From the human T2T-CHM13v2.0 reference genome, Homo sapiens: a stretch of 64,000 bases of DNA. The stretch lies in the NCBI RefSeq assembly GCF_009914755.1, contig NC_060935.1; one strand, 5' to 3'. The position numbers were made by a program, and so were the translations under genes. The notes under the pieces were generated by a model. The model had not been told where the DNA came from, searched no databases, and saw nothing but the letters and a program-made list of their open reading frames with translations. Positions 1 through 13,667 of the stretch are shown here, one piece after another; within the stretch, counting starts at the first letter, position 1, and each line of letters begins with the position of its first letter.

Positions 1-1160
1 ATGGATCAAAGACTTAAATCTAAGACCTGAAACCATAAAAATTCTAGAAGATAACATTGGAAAAACTCTTCTAGACATTGGCTTAGGCAAAGAATTCATG
101 AATAAGACCCCAAAAGCAAGAGCAACGAAAACAAAAGTAAACAAATGGGACCTAATGAAACTAAAAAACTTCTGCACAAAAAAGTAAATAATCAGCAGAA
201 TAAACAGACAACCCACAGAATGGGAGAAAATATTTTTAATCTATGCATCTGTCAAAGGACTAATGTCTAGAATCTACAAGGAAGTCAAACAAATCAGCAA
301 GGTAAAACCAAATAATCCTATCAAAAAGAGGGCAAAGAACATGAATAGATAATTCTGAAAAGAAGAGATACAGACAGCCAACAAACATATGAAAAAGTGC
401 TCTACCTCACTAATTACCAGGGAAATGCAAATTAAAACCACAGTGAGATACCACCTTACTCCTGCAAGAATGGCCATAATTAAAAAGTTAAAAAAAAAAG
501 ATGCTGGTGTGAATGTGGTAAAAGAACATTTATACACTGCTGATAGGAATGTAAATTAGTACAACCTCTATGGAAAACAGAAAGGAAATTCCTTAAAGAA
601 CTAAAAGCAGAGCCACCATTTGATCCAGCAATCTCACTACTGGGTATCTACCCAGAGGAAAAGAAATCATTATGTGAAAAAGACACAGGCGTATGCATAT
701 TTAGAGCAGTGCAATTCACAATTGCAAAGATATGGAACCAACCTAAGTGTGCATCAACTGAGTGGTTAAAGAAAGTGTGGTGTATATACACCATGGAATA
801 CTACTCAGCCATAAAAAGGAATGAAGTAATGTCTTTTGCAGCAACTTGGGTAGCGCTGGAGGCCATTATTCTCAGTGAAGTAACTCAGGAATGGAAAACC
901 AAATACAGTGTGTTCTCACTTATAAGTGGGAGCTAGCCTATGAGATGCAAAAACATAAGAATGATATAATGGACTTAGGGAATTGGGGCCAGAAGGTTGG
1001 GAGGAAGGTGAGAAATAAAAGACTACATATTCAGTACAGTGTGCACTGCTTGGGTGATGGGTGCAGTAAAATCTCAGAAATCACCACTAAAAACATATCC
1101 TTGTAACCAAAAAACACCTGTACCCCCAAAACTGTTGAAATAAAAATAGAAGTTAATTAA
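1..1160 (+). mobile_element. LINE-1 3' portion (L1PB-like), decayed ORF2 C-terminus + 3' UTR
   Basis: Remnant ORF2 peptides (FTIAKIWNQPKC, IYTMEYYSAIKRNE) and an L1PB-type 3' end ending AATAAAAA. Confidence 0.85.
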
Positions 1161-1663
1161 AAAATATAGCCCATACAGGCCCACCTTGTCCTATCAACAT
1201 TAACAGGAGTTTGGAAGAAGTTGATTCAAACCCTCATGGATGACTTTGAGAGGTTCAAGACTTCAATGGTGGAAGTAACTGCAGATGTGGTGGAAATAGC
1301 AAGTGAACTTCATGTCATTGCACTTCACAGATACTGTGCCTTTTGGAAATTGAAGGTTTGAGGCAACCCTGCATCAAGCATGAGCTGACAGAAGTTTGCA
1401 GTCAGAGTTGGGGATCTCTCAAAATGTATTTCTCAGTCTATTTGTGCCATATTTCCAACAGCATGTGCTTACTTCATATCTCTGTGTCACATTTTGGTAA
1501 TTCTCATAATATTTTAAACTTTTCATTACTATTATATCTGTTATGGTGATCTGTGATCAGTAATCTTCGATGTTACCACTGTAATTGTTTGGGGGCACCA
1601 CAAGCCATGCTCATATACAACAGCAAACTTAATTGATAAATGCGTGTGTGATGACTGCTCCAC

Positions 1664-2173
1664 TATTGGGAACAGGCCCCCAAATCTGGCCATAAACTGG
1701 CCCCAAAACTGCCCATAAATAAAATCTTTGCAGCACTGTGACATGTTCATGATGGCCATGATGCCCATGCTGGAAGGTTGTGGGTTTACCAGAATGAGGG
1801 CAAGGAACACCTGGCCCACCCAGGGCAGAAAGCTGCTTAAAGGCATTCTTAAACCACAAATAATAGCATGAGTGATCTGTGCCTTAAGGACATGCTCCTG
1901 CTGCAGATAACTAGCCAGACCCATCCCTTTACTTTGGCCCATCCCTCTATTTCCCATAAGGAATACTTTTAGTTAACCTATAATCTATAGAAACAATGCT
2001 TATCACTGGCTTGCTATCAATAAATATGTGGGTAAATCTCTGTTCAAGGCTCTCAGCTCTGAAAGTTATGAGACCCCTGATTTCCCACTCCACACTCTAT
2101 ATTTCTGTGTGTGTGCCTTTAATTCCTCTAGCACCACTGAGTTAGCATCTCCACGACCGAGCTGGTCTTGGCA
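1664..2173 (+). mobile_element. MER9 (HERV-K HML-3) solo LTR nested in Tigger1
   Basis: Starts T(A)TTGGGAACAGGCCCC, ends GGTCTTGGCA; 510 bp; exact 6-bp TSD CTCCAC at 1658-1663 and 2174-2179. Confidence 0.88.
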
Positions 2174-2812
2174 CTCCACTGACTGCCATTCTCCCATCAC
2201 TTTCTCTCCTTGGGCGTCTCTATTCCCAGAGACACAACAATGTCGAAATTAGGCCAATTTAATAACTCTACAAAGCCCTCTACCTGTTCAAGAGAAAGAG
2301 TCACACATCTCTTATTTTAAATCAAAAGCTAGAAATGATTAAACATCGTGAGAAAGTCATGGTGAAAGTTGAGACAGGCTGAAAGCTAGGCCTCTTGTGC
2401 CCAACAGTTAGCAAAGTTGCAAATGCAAGAAATGTTCTTGAAGGAAATTAAAAGTGCTACTTCAGTGAACACACGGATGCTAAGAAAGTGAAATAGCCTT
2501 ATTGATGATATGGAGAAAGTTTTAGCTATCTGGGTAGAAGACCAAATCAGCCACAACATTCCTTTAAGCCAAAGCCCAATTCAGAGTGAGGCCCTAACTC
2601 TTTTCAATTCTTTGAAGACTGAGAGAGATGAAGAAGTAGTAGAAGAAAAGTCTGAAGCTAGCAGAGGTTGATTCATGAGGGTTAAGGAAAGAAGCCATCT
2701 CCATAACACAGAAGTGAAGATGAGGCAGTGAGTGCTGATGGAGAAGCGGCAGTAAGTTTTCTGAAAGGTCTAGCTAAGATAACTGATGAAGGTGACTACA
2801 CTAAACAATACA

Positions 2813-3137
2813 TTTTTTTTTCTTTCTTTTCTTTTCTTTTTTTTTTTTCTTTCTTTGAGACAGGGTCTCACTCTGCCTCCCAGGCTGGGTGCAGTGGCAG
2901 GATCTCAGCTTACTGCAATCTCAGCCTCCTGGGTTCAAGTGATTCTCCCAGCTCAGCCTCTGGAGTAGCTGAGATTATAGGCATGTGCCACCACGCTTGG
3001 CGAATTTTTGTATTTTTTGGTAGAGATGGGTTTCACTGTGTTGGCCAGGCTGGTCTCAAACTCCTGACTTCAAGTGATCTGCCTACCTTGGCTTCCGAAA
3101 GTGCTGAGATTATAGGCATGAGCCACCACACTAGGCC
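2813..3137 (-). mobile_element. Alu (old, J/S) in Tigger1
   Basis: Poly-T then dimeric Alu consensus; degenerate TSD aata(c/a)atttt. Confidence 0.9.
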
Positions 3138-3228
3138 AATAAATTTTCAATGTAGACCAAACATCCTTATAGTAGAAGAGGACAAGTCGATGCCTGGCTT
3201 TAAAGCTTCAAAGGATAGGCTCACTCTT

Positions 3229-3363
3229 GTTTTTGTTTGTTTTTACAAGATGGGGTCTTGCCGTCTTGCCCAGGCTGGTCTCAAACTCCTGCACTCAAGT
3301 GATCCTCCCACCTCAGCCTCCCAAGGTGCTGGGATTACAGGCATGAGCCATTGTGCCTGGCCC
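3229..3363 (-). mobile_element. Alu monomer (FLAM-like) in Tigger1
   Basis: Monomer flanked by TSD aaggataggct(c/a)act at 3211 and 3364. Confidence 0.85.
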
Positions 3364-4586
3364 AAGGATAGGCTAACTATCCTAGCAGATGCTAATGCAG
3401 CTGGTGACTTTAAGTTGAAGCCAGTGCTCATTTACCATTCCAAATGTCCCAGGACCCTTAAGAATTATGCACAATCTACTCTGTCTATACTCCCTAGATG
3501 GAATAATAATGTCTGGACAACAGTACATCTGTTTGCAGCATGGTTTACTGAATATTTTAAGTCCAGGGCTGAGACTTACTGCTAAGAAAAAAAAATTCTT
3601 TCAAAATATTACTGCTCATTAACAACGCACCTAGTGACCCAAGAGCTCTGATGGAAATGTATAATGAAATGAATGTTGTTTTCATGTCTGCTAACACAAC
3701 ATCCATTCCGTATGTCATAGATCAAGGAGTAACTGAATTTCAATCTTATTACTTGAGAAATACCTTTCTTGAGGCTATAGGTGCCATAGATAGTGATTCC
3801 TCTGATGAATCTGGGCAAAGTAAATTGAAAACCTTCTGGAAATAATTCACCATTCTAAATGCTGTTAAGAATATTTGTGATTCATGAGAGAAGGTCAAAA
3901 TATCAACATTGACAGGAGTTTGGAAGAAGCTGATTCAAACCCTCATGGATGACTTTGAGAGGTTCAAGACTTCAATGGAGGAAGTAACTGCAGATGTGGT
4001 GGAAGCAGCAAGTGAACTACAATTAGAAGTGGAGCCTGAAGATGTGACTGAATTGTTGCAATCTCATAATAAAATTTACATGAATAAGGTGTTGCTTCTT
4101 ATGGATGAACAAAGCAAGTGGTTTCTTGAAATGGAATTTACTGGTGAAGATGCTGTGAATATTGTAGAAATGACAACAAAGGATTCAGCATATTACATAA
4201 ACTTAGTTGATAAAGCAGGAGCAGGGTTGGGAAAATTTATTCCAATTTTGAAAGAAGTTCTTTTATTGGTAAAATACTATTAAACAGCATCATGGGTTAT
4301 AGAGTAATCTTTCATGAAAGGAAACCAAATGATGTGTCAAACTATTGTTCTTATTTTAAGAAGTTGCCACAGCCACCTCAACCTTCAGTGACCACCATCC
4401 TGATTAGTCAGCAGCCATCCACATTGAGGCAAGACCCTCCACAGCAAAAAGACTGACTCACTGAAGACTCAGATGATTGTTAGCATTTTTAAACAATAAG
4501 GTATTTTTAAATTAAGGTGTGTACATTTTTTAGACATAATGCAATTGCACACACACTTATAGACTGTAATATTGTGTAAACATAAC

Positions 4587-4925
<339 letters not shown>

Positions 4926-5827
4926 TGATTCGCTTTATTTTGATATTCACTTTATCATGGTGGTCTGGAACCACACCTGCAATATCTTCAAGGTGTGCCT
5001 GTACCATAATTTCAATAAAATGTGATTTAACCCAGCATTATCTTTCTCTGCTATTGATGCATGATGTCAAATTTACCTTATCTGAAACCTGGTGAATGTT
5101 TTGAGGAATGGAGTGAATATTTAGAACTGGCCATCTCACATAATAAATGCTTGATAAATGGGTTTCTTGACTTTAAAAAAATGTCTGACTAGTGTTCAAT
5201 GGAGTTGGAAGTATTTGCTAACATTATTACTTACACAGGTTACTTAATCAAATTTTAAACATTGTCAAACATATCTTGTATGTAACTGTGGGTTTTTAAA
5301 AATGAGTGTTGATATGATAATTCACAGGTTTCCTAATAAAATTTAGACACTGTCAAACACATTGGGCGTGGAACTGTCGCTTTTCTGAAATGAGTGTCAC
5401 AGGAACACTGCATTGTCTCATACCAGTTTATTTTCTTTAGCTCCTATGGCATTCCAATGCTCTTTGAGTAACACCTTTATTGTCCTAGGATAAGGAAGAA
5501 TTTAAGAGAGCTTTCCAGAACCCTATTTCATTGTTTTTAATAAATTCTTTCCCACTTTTGGCCCTCTGTAAGCAAGTTCTCTGCTACAAATAGATTAAAT
5601 GCGTTGACTTCATCTGCTATAGTGACTCAGATTTCTTGACCTGATCTATTCTGCAGATCTAGTTTTTGAATCAGAAGTTAGGTAATGCCTTCTCCTGGGT
5701 TTTAATTATATGCGTTCAGTATCTTGGGTAAGAAAGTTAACTCTTTTGTCTTTTTGAGCTGTATCACTTATACCTTTTTTTTTCTCCTGTCCAAAAAGGG
5801 GGGAATATGTCCTAATAACGTCTTTGA

Positions 5828-6262
<435 letters not shown>

Positions 6263-6434
6263 TAAGTCCTCCTCTATAGTGTCCGTTGAAGTGCCAGACT
6301 CATACGAAGCTCCCAAACTCATGTTGAAGAGGAGATTTTAGCTAAATGGAAATGTGCTATGGCAATTATTCTACCAGTGTCCTTGATACAACAAACAAAT
6401 CAGTAAATCAAAGTTGTAAAGAGCCTGGCTATGA

Positions 6435-6773
<339 letters not shown>

Positions 6774-7559
6774 TTTTATTAATTAAGATGAATGCTAATA
6801 CAAACTGTGCTATGGGACATTTATAGGGTAGCTACCATTTAAAGAAAAAGAATTCTCTTACTTGAGACTGGTGGAAGGCATGGCAGATAGGACTTTGGCA
6901 AAGAATAGTGGAAAGAAAGTTGAAGACTGCGGGGAAACACAAGTCTGTGGATACACAGGTTGATACAGTCTCTCTTAGAGGGCATGAATGGGCAGGAAGG
7001 ACTTTAACACTTACTTAGTACCTACCCTATGCTAGGGGCTGGGGTAAGCACTTTGCAGACATCATCTTTTAAAAAGTTCCTTAAGAATCCCTCAATCCTT
7101 CTTCTATAGTCTCCAGCTCAATGATGTTAAGTGATTCCTCCATGCCACTAAATTGGAAAGTGGTGGGAACTCACATTCAAACCCAGGTCTGACCAACTTC
7201 AAACGCCAGGAGGCTGTTTCCTTCATTCCATGGCTGCTCCCTCAAGAGTAACTGTGCATGGGGATAAGAGTAACTCTTTTCCAAGGTTGATCAAGGTCTC
7301 TTTCAATACCGAGATTCTGGGACACAGATTAGAAGACACAGAAGAATGGCCCAGCCTTTTCCACCCAAAGACCTGTTACTGAATTTTGTCTCCATGTGTC
7401 TGAAGGGTACTTCCCCATCATCATTTTCATTCATCCTAAGAAAGGCGGCTCCCTGTGTGGAGGTGGTGGCCGCGAACATTTTGGCTGAACTGAGCAGTCA
7501 ACCTTCTCATTTTTGCTGGAAGGATTTGAGAGAATATGGGGGAGATGGTACACGAGCCA

Positions 7560-8116
7560 GTGGAGGATTAGTGGGGTTTTATGTTGTTGTGATGAACTTT
7601 ATGATGTTAGTTTGTGGTTTCACATAGCCTCATAAAACAAGCTGGATGGTGATTATGTCACTTCCTCTGCCCTCCCGACAGAGAGGAGGCCTTCTTTAGT
7701 GCCTGGAGTGTTTCCTGATGCTCCACTCAGGCCAGCTCACTTTTCAGATTTTAATGTAAGAGGTGTGGAGAAGAAAAGAAGAAGAAGGGGTGGGGGAAAG
7801 CCATTGGCCCAAGTAGTCACACTGTCATCCTGGCTGACAAATGACTGATGTCAGAGCATGGTACCGAAACGTATAGAAACAGGCCTGTTGGCTTGGGCAA
7901 TACATAAATGAGCCAGTCACACATTTCTCGGATGGCTGGCAAAAGTTTTGTTGTCAAAGCAACGCCCCCATCGAGCTTGCTTTGCTTACGCAAGGCCTCA
8001 GCCTTTGCCTCTTCCCCAAACCCAAGCTACCTGAGGAGGAGGAGCTGAGTGAGGGGGAGGGACCAACAGATTTGTCCCCTGTGCAGGCTACCTGCCTGCT
8101 TGAGTTACATCCACAA
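7560..8116 (+). promoter_or_regulatory. Putative non-CpG-island proximal promoter / 5' UTR of HEPHL1
   Basis: Repeat-free DNA directly upstream of the ATG; reverse CCAAT (ATTGG 7803-7807), TGACTGATGTCA CRE/AP-1-like (7842), TATA-like TACATAAA (7901-7908). The TSS cannot be determined from sequence. Confidence 0.5.
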
Positions 8117-8286
8117 ATGCCTCGGAAGCAGCCAGCTGGCTGCATCTTTCTCCTCACATTCCTGGGTCTGTCTGGGCTGGTTGGCACAGTTACCAGAACG
8201 TACTACATTGGGATTGTGGAAGAATACTGGAACTATGTACCCCAAGGGAAGAATGTTATTACTGGGAAAAGTTTCACAGAAGACAA
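8117..8286 (+). CDS. HEPHL1: HEPHL1 coding exon 1 (signal peptide + start of cupredoxin domain 1)
   Basis: ATG at 8117; MPRKQPAGCIFLLTFLGLSGLVGTVTRTYYIGIVEEYWNYVP...; donor AA|GTGAGT at 8287, phase 2. Confidence 0.96.
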
Positions 8287-11200
8287 GTGAGTGAACTTAG
8301 GGTCCTCATTGACTCCCAGGTTTGGCCTCTTTTTGACTTTGTGTGGGGAAGGTTGTATTTCTTGGGTACTTACAATGGGGGTGAGTTGATCTAGACCAAG
8401 AGAAGGTGTTTTGTTTTTTGCTTGAAGAGCCCTAGTATGGATGGGTGTGTAATCTGGAAGAGATATTCATAGCTCCATGTATTTGTTGAGCCACCTATTA
8501 ATAGCCTTGCCTGTGAAGGGACATATACACAACCAGGTGTTTGACAATTTCCACCAGGTACTACTAGTAACTTCTGGGGGATTCTGTTTGTTTGTTTGTT
8601 TTTAAATGACAACACTTGGGATGAAGATTTGAGAAATTTCAAGAATTCCTTATGGTTAAAACACAGTGTTTTCTTAGTTTGTATTTCTGGAATGAAACAT
8701 CATAATGGGAGATAAGTATGCTAAGTCATGTTTTTCAACGTTTAAAAGAGGGGGAAGTCACAGGAGATTTGCCTGCTATTTTCAGGGTTTCCTTGAGTCT
8801 ACTTAGAATTAGCGCTTTCACTGGTAAAAAGTTTATTCCAGCTCCAAGTCATTCTTGCTGAGGGCAATATCTTATCCCAGAACCTATAGCATAGCTAGGT
8901 GAGATGGCGCCACGGTGTTCTATGTTCCTGATTTTTAATTTGGGGCAGAAAATAACCCTTTCTCCCTGCCCCCTCCAGGGCCTAGTATCTTAACCATCTA
9001 ATTTGTTTCATGGATCTCCCTCTGAAGTCACCTCCTGACTCCAGAAGATGTCATGCTATTTTCAACTTTGTGGTTATTAGAACATCTTTTCAGATGTTTT
9101 GGCAACCTCTGTTGGATATTTGAATGCTTGCTTCTTTTCTGACAGGCAGAACCAGTTGCATTCTGCATCCATGTTCCATTTCCTAAAGATGAGTTTAGTT
9201 GATAAAATTCAGGAACAGCACAGGGCCTACCAGCAAGTCTTTAAGAGCCAGGGCCCCTTGTCTTTGAGGAAAGACCAAAGATCCAGTTGGCTTGGAAATA
9301 CAGCTTCCAAGTTTTCTAACAAAACAAAGGTGGTATAGTCATGTTTTGTTTACCAAAGATGAAGCCTGTGCCAGACAAGCTGCCAAGGCAGACTTTTCCT
9401 TAAGCTTTGTACCTGGAAATGTAATGTCTGCAGGGCTATTTCCAAAGGAAACTCTTGATTGCTTTCAATCCCACATCTGCTGACCATTGGTGGTAGTGTC
9501 TTTACTGTGATGAATAGCTATGGGATTGAAAGGGTACCAAAAATGCCAGGAGCCTTCTCTACAAATAGAGCTCTGCTATTCTCAGAGAGGGCTCAGTAGG
9601 AAACAGTCAATGTGAGCAGCTACTGGGGATAAGAATGTTGAAAGTGTGTACACTGAGTGTAATGAATATAGCGTTTAAGCTAAATGTGATACTGGATTGC
9701 CTTTCCATAAGATTAACACCCACAGAAATTCTTCTTCCTAAAATGCCCACGTCACTATAGCTGTGTATGGGCATTTATTCTGACCCAAAAATTCTATGAG
9801 GGATTTTTCAATTCATTACTGCTTGCAGATATTATTATTCTCATTTTATGAACCAGGAACCAAGGCTCTGAGGTTAAATACTTGCCGGAGTTTATAAGTA
9901 AGTGGTAGCACCAAACTCATTGCTTTGGTTCCACAGCCCATATTTCTTTTCACCACACAATCTGTTTCTTGGTAAAGGTGATCCTTCTCCAGTGAATTAA
10001 AACAACTTTGAGGGAAGCCAAGGATCACAGTAATAAGAACTTTCTAGAAAGTCCTAATTTTTGCCAAAGGCATGTTTAGTCTCTTTTGTCACTCTTCCTA
10101 GAAGCATATTGAAAGGGATCACTGGTGGTCAGTGACCAAACAAGTTATCTGGGTTAATTCAAAACCTCAAAGAATCATAAATACTCAAGTACTACAATGC
10201 TGTTTTCACAAAGTGGGGTGCTGGAAGAAGTTGGGGTCTCTGTTGATCATTTCAACCAGAAGATGGTGCTTTGATGAAAGTACAATAAAACATATAAAAA
10301 TTGCTATGGTGAAAAAGAAAATAGGCATGATGAAAACAGTTGGTTTGGCATCAGATTTGAGTGAGATGGTTTCAAAATGCATGGTCCCATATGATAGTGC
10401 GTTTGTTCTTAGAAGCAGCTGGCATGCTAAGGTGTCATACCTAGAACGCCAAGGTCCCCAAACATTTCTTTCTGGTATGCGAAGGGACAGAGTTTGTGTC
10501 AGACAGACTGCTACCTCTTGGAAGGGAAATCCAGGTGAGTATGCAGTGGACGTTGGCTTTTATCAGTGATCCCATCAGAATACTGGTTTTTATCAGTGAT
10601 CCCATCAGTGCTAGTAGTTGTGGTAGGTGGCTCAGACAAGTTCCTAAAAAGGTAGGGCTGTCGTAGGTGGCTGACATTGCTTGTGGACCACAAGATATCC
10701 ATCCTGGGTGTATGTGAAGATGCTGTGACTGGGACATAAGTGGAGTTCAGTGTGTGTACTCTGTGTTGTGCCATTTCCCCAGGAGCAGGAAGGAGCCATC
10801 GTGGATGATGTAATCATGTCCCTCTCTCAGCCTCCTGGAGGGTGAATAGGCTGCCTTTCTGAGGACAGTCTGTTGTTTTGGATATTCACACTTGGGCAAA
10901 TGTCTGATATTTAAAGGACCAGGAGAGCCAGGTGCTCAGAATTCCACCATGAATGGAAAGAACCTGAAATAGAAATTCAGAGACCTAACTTCTAATGCTT
11001 GCTCTGCCCAACTTGCTGTGTAATCTTGAACATGTCATATAATCTCTCTGAATATCACTTTCCTTAATTTGTGTAAGAAGGGAGTTGAAATGTAATCCCT
11101 AGAGTCACTTGAGAAGTGTAATGCCAAAGCATTAGAAATAATTTTGAAACTGAATGAAAAATATCTTTCCTGACTTGCCAGTTCTAGAAAGATTTTTGCA

Positions 11201-12699
11201 ATGGTGAAAGAAAGGAGAGAGATGATTTGCAAATGTTCAGTCCTAGAAATTAGAGTTGGAGAAGACCTGGGACTGATCGTGGGCATATGTGACAACTTTT
11301 GAAGTAGTCTTTATTTTTCTTTCTCCATTTTTTCCCCTGTCCTTTAAGAATTATCTCCAATTCCTCACTTCATACATGAAGCTTTCCCCCATGACCCTGG
11401 CTTGTACTGATCTGTTTCCTTCCTAACCACTCATGGAGCTTGGGGTCTTTATCATGAACTTGGACACTGCATTTTCTTCCCTCTGCATTGCCCTCTAATT
11501 GCTTGATGTACATTAGTCATGTCTGCAACTGCAGTAAAACACCCTGATGATAGATAAGAAGTTTTGGCGTATATTCAATAATCCCCCTTCCCTGCACGGA
11601 ACTTTGTCATTGACAATATCCTATGGAGGATCCAGTACAGGGCAGGCATTCAAAATCATTGAAGTAAAAGCTAATCACCTTATCAACTGAGTTGTTCTGG
11701 TTGTTTTATCTTTGAATAAGGGGAATGGGCAAAAATCTGGGGAACAAGATGGTGGGTGCCAAAGTTTCAGTAATGTGAAAACATTTGGAAACCAAAGTTA
11801 GGCACATCCTTATGCACAAGGACGAGATCGAAAATGAATTGAAATCATTTTGCTGAGACTCTATAGCCCTCAGATGGTGCAATTTAACTTTTATGCTTGG
11901 TACCTATGCTTGATTATAGGGTTCAAAAATATAATTGAGTCTATAATCACTAATGTTTCCTAGAAAGTATAGGATTTAGGAGTTAGATTCTATTTAGAAA
12001 TACTTTCTCCAGATAAATATACTTCTCCTCCTCCTTGGAGTAAATGGGGACACTGGGCTCCTTTGAGTTGCCTGAGGATGGTGTCAGTATTTTGATCTAT
12101 TTATACCAGTCCTGCTCAGGCTCATAAAGTCCTTAATTAAGGTGTGCGTTTGGTGGTAAAGCCTGATCCTTAATGGAAGTAGGGTGGGGTCATCTTATTT
12201 AAAGCCACAGTTCTCACCATAGACCTCATTAGGCCATCAACACACATTCAGCCTTTTTCTTCCCAGTGAAATGCAGGGTTTTCATGGACACTAACTCATG
12301 GGTGGAACTGCGCTTGAACATAAGTGAGGCTAGCCACTGCTCAAACCCCATTTTTGTAGAGTCTGTTAGTTGACCCAGCCACATCACTGCATCAGCCCAG
12401 TGTATGGCAAGGGGCTTTGAGTATTCTAAGAAGCAGGCCCTAGGATAGGTGTGAGAGAGAACTCACACATCTATCTGAAAGAAGGACCAACTGAGGGGAA
12501 GCAGGGAGGAGACAGAGGTTTTTGTGAGCTTTGAAATAAAGAAAAGAATATCATCTGGTAAGTGCATGGTCTAAACAAATGGTAACTTTCAAATCTCAAC
12601 TTCTGTCTTATCAGCACCAAAAATATTTTGTTTGGACTGATGCCATATGAATCTCTGGGAACTGCTGTTCTACCCTATATCAGTAAGTGATTGTTTCTG

Positions 12700-13200
12700 G
12701 CTGCCACTAGAGACTGGAGTATAATGTCTTTAACAAATTAGGATTTTGTATTCATTTGTAGAAGAATCCAGAAGTGGGCAGTCCAAGGCTGGTGGGATAG
12801 ATGGTATAACAAGATATCAGGGGCTTTCTGTATTTCTGATCCACCATCCTTAGCCTATGTGCTTTAAACCCTTTGTGGTTTCCCTCCTCAAGCACATTCA
12901 TGGTCACAAGATTGCTGTTGGATCTCCAGCCATCGTGTCTACATTCCAGGAAGAAAGAGAGAAAGGCAAAAGGTAGAAGCAGAACAATTTTTGCTGCATC
13001 AGCCTTTCAAAGGGTTCTCATTGAAACCCTACCCAACCAATTTTACTTAAATCTCATTGGATACTCATAGCCACAAAGAGGACTTGAAAAAATATAACGT
13101 TTCAGCTGTGTACTTTTCTGCCTGAATAAAGATAGAATTTACCTCTGACACTAAGAAAGAAGGGGAGCATGAATATTGCAAGGCAGCTGGCAGTCCCTGC
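12700..13200. mobile_element. Old MaLR LTR (MLT1-type) remnant
   Basis: Degenerate MLT1 motifs (caagattgctg..ctccagccatc..acattccagg; ttacttaaatctcattgg). Confidence 0.5.
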
Positions 13201-13667
13201 TCCCCTCCCCTACCTCAGTTCTCTCCTGTTTTCCATGATTCACAGGCATCCTCTTAGTCCCCATCTTGCTTTTCCCACCTCCATATGATGGACCCCCAAG
13301 GCCTGGTTAGCAGGATCTGAAAGATAACTCATTGACAGTATAATAAGTTAGCTAAGTGTCACTGAGTATTTACTATGCTCCAGGCATTGCTTTAAAAGGT
13401 TAGCACACCATGAAGTGGGGTGACCAATCTTCTGTCTCTGGGAGGGAGATCAGGTGGCATCGGGAGGATTTCTCCAGCCAAGTGTAGCCCAGCCTTGGTC
13501 TTAGGGAGATGCCAAGGCAGTCCAGTTTGCTGGTAAAGTATGGGGCTCTGGCATCAACTGTCACATTTAGAATTCTTGCCCCACTTTATGGGCAAGTAAT
13601 TCAATCTCTCTTTGCCTCAGTTTTCTCATCAGTAAAATAGGGATAGTGACAGTACTTGCTTTGAGGG

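Noticed and set aside
2728-3585. 285-aa ORF as a novel protein or domesticated transposase
   Set aside because: Chance read-through of Tigger1 fragments and two antisense Alus; GTG start; flanking transposase frames are broken.
7982-8116. In-frame N-terminal extension of HEPHL1 from a TTG start
   Set aside because: Non-ATG start that would bury the signal peptide behind an acidic stretch; no supporting evidence.
7930-8116. Iron-responsive element or metal-response element in the leader of a ferroxidase gene
   Set aside because: No CAGTGH-looped stem or TGCRCNC motif seen in this interval.
10561-10600. TATCAGTGAT x2 resembling tetO or a CRISPR-like repeat
   Set aside because: Only 10 of 19 tetO bases match and there is no palindrome; only two units, in clearly primate intronic DNA.
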